From: a virus
Taxonomy: Duplodnaviria > Caudoviricetes
Virus record (IMG/VR): IMGVR_UViG_3300046823_000037
Coordinates: 1 to 38,116 of that record
Direction: 5' to 3' (one strand)
Length of the DNA: 38,116 nucleotides
Below the pieces are notes generated by a model. It did no database searches. It was not told the DNA's origin and worked only from the letters and a program-made list of their open reading frames with translations. Below, in pieces: positions 36,208 to 38,116 of the stretch. Position 1 is the stretch's first letter. Each line of letters begins with the position of its first letter. The position numbers and the translations under genes were made by a program.

Positions 36208-36612
36208 TTATTCCTCGTCACCTTCCGTAGAACGAATCTTGCAGTAAGACTTCAAACCTTCGAGCAAAAATGGAACGGTCTTGACTTGTTCCAAAATTGC
36301 TTTTGTCTGGGCCTTTTCATCCTCAATGGTATTAAACGGTACCATTGAACGCATGGGTTTAATGAATCCCATGATGAATCGTTCCTCCATTCCGCCGGAT
36401 GCAGCGTTCATTGCAAGGGAAATTTGATTTTCCCGCAACTGTGAATTGAGTGCATCCAAAACTTTCGCATCGTCATTCCCGAACAATTCTTTTGCCTCGG
36501 TCAATGACTTTGCCGTGACAATCTTTCCCTCAACTGTCTTAGTCTGAAGATCAAAATTGTCATCGTAAAACGGAACGGTACGTTTGAAACTGTCGGATTT
36601 CTGTCGAGCCAT
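36208..36612 (-). CDS. Early hypothetical protein (134 aa)
   Basis: AAGGT SD, its own candidate promoter and a terminator. The C-terminal part is paralogous to the 58-aa ORF at 36749-36925. Confidence 0.85.
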   Translation of the reverse strand: MARQKSDSFKRTVPFYDDNFDLQTKTVEGKIVTAKSLTEAKELFGNDDAKVLDALNSQLRENQISLAMNAASGGMEERFIMGFIKPMRSMVPFNTIEDEKAQTKAILEQVKTVPFLLEGLKSYCKIRSTEGDEE

Positions 36613-36658
36613 GTGTTTAACCTTACCTTTCTATATTGCACCTTTATGATGCCTCTTT

Positions 36659-36687
36659 AATGTAACAGAGTGAACATAGGAAAGCAA
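36659..36687 (-). promoter_or_regulatory. Sigma-70-type promoter upstream of the 134-aa gene
   Basis: TTGCTT (36687-36682), 17-nt spacer ending in TGT, TACATT (36664-36659). Confidence 0.5.
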
Positions 36688-36692
36688 TAGTT

Positions 36693-36754
36693 AAGTTAGA
36701 CTCATCAGCATGAGCATTACTCATGGACGGCCCGTAGGCCGTTTCGTCTTACTT
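36693..36754 (-). ncRNA. Type II hammerhead ribozyme
   Basis: - strand: AAGTAAGAC GAAA CGGCC TACG GGCCG TC^ CATGAG TAATG CTCATG CTGATGA GTCTAACTT. Complete core (GAAA, GUC, CUGAUGA) with three stems. Confidence 0.95.
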
Positions 36755-36925
36755 TGTTTTAGATGCTGTAATGTATGCTTGCAATCCTTCTCTTAGGAAT
36801 TTACTTTCCATGATATTAAAAAGGATTGCGATTGATTGATTCTCATGATTCCGAAATTTATCATAAGGTGGAACCTTACGAAAGGGTTCAATGAATTGAA
36901 GAATCATTTTTGGTTCAGGTTTCAT
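36749..36925 (-). CDS. Early hypothetical protein (58 aa, not in the ORF track)
   Basis: MKPEPKMILQFIEPFRKVPPYDKFRNHENQSIAILFNIMESKFLREGLQAYITASKTK*. 16 of 44 residues identical, without gaps, to the 134-aa protein. Confidence 0.8.
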   Translation of the reverse strand: MKPEPKMILQFIEPFRKVPPYDKFRNHENQSIAILFNIMESKFLREGLQAYITASKTK

Positions 36926-36928
36926 AAC

Positions 36929-36976
36929 CTACCGTCGACCTGCGAAAAATTCAATTTCTTCTAAGAAGTCTTTCAT
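36929..36976 (-). CDS. 15-aa leader ORF
   Basis: AGGAG SD, MKDFLEEIEFFAGRR*(TAG), in frame with the 58-aa ORF. Confidence 0.45.
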   Translation of the reverse strand: MKDFLEEIEFFAGRR

Positions 36977-36989
36977 GTTATTCTCCTGA

Positions 36990-37405
36990 GTTTGATTTAG
37001 GAACAAAGGATTCAACATATTTGATATGTATCGTAGTGTTTCGTTTTTCTCGATTTAGGTTTGAATCCTAGCGTAGTTGCTCAGTACCCTTTCATTACTT
37101 GTTAGATAATGAAACTGTACCATGTCTGTTTAACATGGGCTTTTCGGAAACCTTTGCCTACCGCTTACAAACAATAGGTAAGTATTTCCTTTGCTCTACT
37201 ATGTAGGATTCTCTCGCGCTACATGTGCCTACGGTAAGTAATCGGATTCTGACTAAATCCTCTGGCTTGTCGGGAAAGTATGTTTCGGGTTATGGAATTA
37301 GCCTGTTTAAGCTATCGACTCCACAATGGTACAAAAGACTTACCAGACGTAACGGTCGTTTCCCTCTGGACTTACTCTTGCCAAAATCTAACCCTACCAG
37401 AAACC
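36990..37405 (-). ncRNA. Candidate large structured non-coding RNA
   Basis: No credible - strand ORF. At least eight consecutive stems, several extended by G-U pairs on the - strand. Confidence 0.55.
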
Positions 37406-37425
37406 TTAATGGACCTTACCGAACA

Positions 37426-37469
37426 TTCGGTAGGATGGAATCGAACCATCCTAAAGAACCATCTACCGA
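37426..37469 (-). ncRNA. tRNA-like element with acceptor stem and T arm only (mini-tRNA 1)
   Basis: - strand: TCGGTAG-ATGGTTCTTTAG-GATGG TTCGATT CCATC-CTACCGA-A. Confidence 0.7.
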
Positions 37470-37576
37470 TTAGCTGCAATCATCATTTCAAGAGTCCAAT
37501 GTGTAGATACTTTAAGTCGACGACAAAGGCGTAGGTGGTGCTGATAATGTTTGTAGATTTGTTTCATGCTTGTCAT
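37463..37576 (-). CDS. First early ORF (37 aa, not in the ORF track)
   Basis: AGGAGG SD 8 nt upstream. MTSMKQIYKHYQHHLRLCRRLKVSTHWTLEMMIAANR*. Confidence 0.65.
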   Translation of the reverse strand: MTSMKQIYKHYQHHLRLCRRLKVSTHWTLEMMIAANR

Positions 37577-37601
37577 TGTCCGTTCCTCCTGCCCACATAA
37601 G

Positions 37602-37618
37602 AGCAATACACCTGCCAA
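37602..37618 (-). promoter_or_regulatory. Sigma-54 (-24/-12) promoter
   Basis: TTGGCAGGTGTATTGCT against the consensus TGGCAC-N5-TTGCW, with exact GG-N10-GC spacing. Predicted +1 near 37591, just before the SD. Confidence 0.7.
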
Positions 37619-37622
37619 ACCT

Positions 37623-37887
37623 TAACTTATTTATTTTCTTATACATCCAATTCTTTGACACTTGAAAAAGTGTAAGGTTTTCCGACATGTAAACATGAAA
37701 TGATACTTAACTTATTTAGAATCAATAACTTAAGTAAACGTCGGTAAACCTTACAACATTTTCATGTAAACGTATAAGTTTATTCTTTTGTTATGTTTAC
37801 AAGGTTTTTAAAAGTGTAAGGTAAACCGATACCGACATATGTTCGGTGTGTCAATATTTTGACATGGTTTGTAAGTAATTGATTCTA
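37623..37887. promoter_or_regulatory. Enhancer-like 17-bp boxes interleaved with IHF-consensus sites
   Basis: TGTAAGGTTTTCCGACA (37671-37687), inverted TGTAAGGTTTACCGACG (37739-37755) and TGTAAGGTAAACCGATA (37815-37831). IHF-like sites at 37623-37635 (1 mismatch), 37720-37732 and 37872-37884. Confidence 0.65.
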
Positions 37888-38116
37888 GGTTAATAGATTA
37901 TCGTATGATCTATAATCTATCATCTATTGACCGGGTAGACACCCCCAACAGACCACACGTGAACATTTTCAGTTTCAACTAATCCCCCCTTAATATAGAT
38001 TTCCTTAAACTCCTAAGAATATCCACACTAGAAACCTTCCTAATAGAAGATTCTTTTTTAGGTTTCAAAAATTTTTTCCGCATCTCTTTCTGTCTTTCTT
38101 CTAATGAACCTTTACT

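Noticed and set aside
36929-36931. Genome-wide TAG recoding
   Set aside because: TAG ends well-defined genes (scaffold 3318, capsid 4540), long genes are uninterrupted in the standard code, and there is no suppressor tRNA.
36070-37534. + strand ORFs 36070-36348, 37225-37473 and 37280-37534
   Set aside because: Antisense to the early unit, with non-ATG or SD-less starts, and they cross the terminator or RNA structures.
35668-37887. CRISPR array or mini-array
   Set aside because: The repeats are degenerate, irregularly spaced and in both orientations. The Cas4-like nuclease sits in a recombination module.

Overview
About 38 kb of an AT-rich (roughly one-third GC by eye), short-tailed (podovirus-like) dsDNA phage genome in two converging arms. 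The + arm (1-18495) is the virion module: terminase C-terminus, portal, scaffold, major capsid, a glycosyltransferase/methyltransferase pair, adaptor and nozzle proteins, fibres and three ejection-type proteins. The - arm (18496-37576) holds the replication and early genes: a DUF3987-type helicase-like protein, a UDG-fold/PolA fusion, DUF5664-like and MazG-like nucleotide hydrolases, SSB, a Sak4-like ATPase, a PD-(D/E)XK nuclease, a vWA protein, an SNF2 helicase, tRNA-Leu(UAA) and many small ORFs. I recognise no integrase, repressor, primase, lysin or small terminase in the window. The most unusual part is the presumed earliest unit (- strand, 37830 to 36131). It comprises a sigma-54-type promoter with IHF-like and enhancer-like boxes, a 37-aa ORF, an anticodon-less mini-tRNA, about 420 nt of hairpin-rich non-coding sequence, a 58-aa ORF, a type II hammerhead ribozyme, a 134-aa paralogue of the 58-aa ORF, and a terminator. 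A second mini-tRNA lies at 34119-34170. All protein calls come from motif recognition and gene order, not from database searches.
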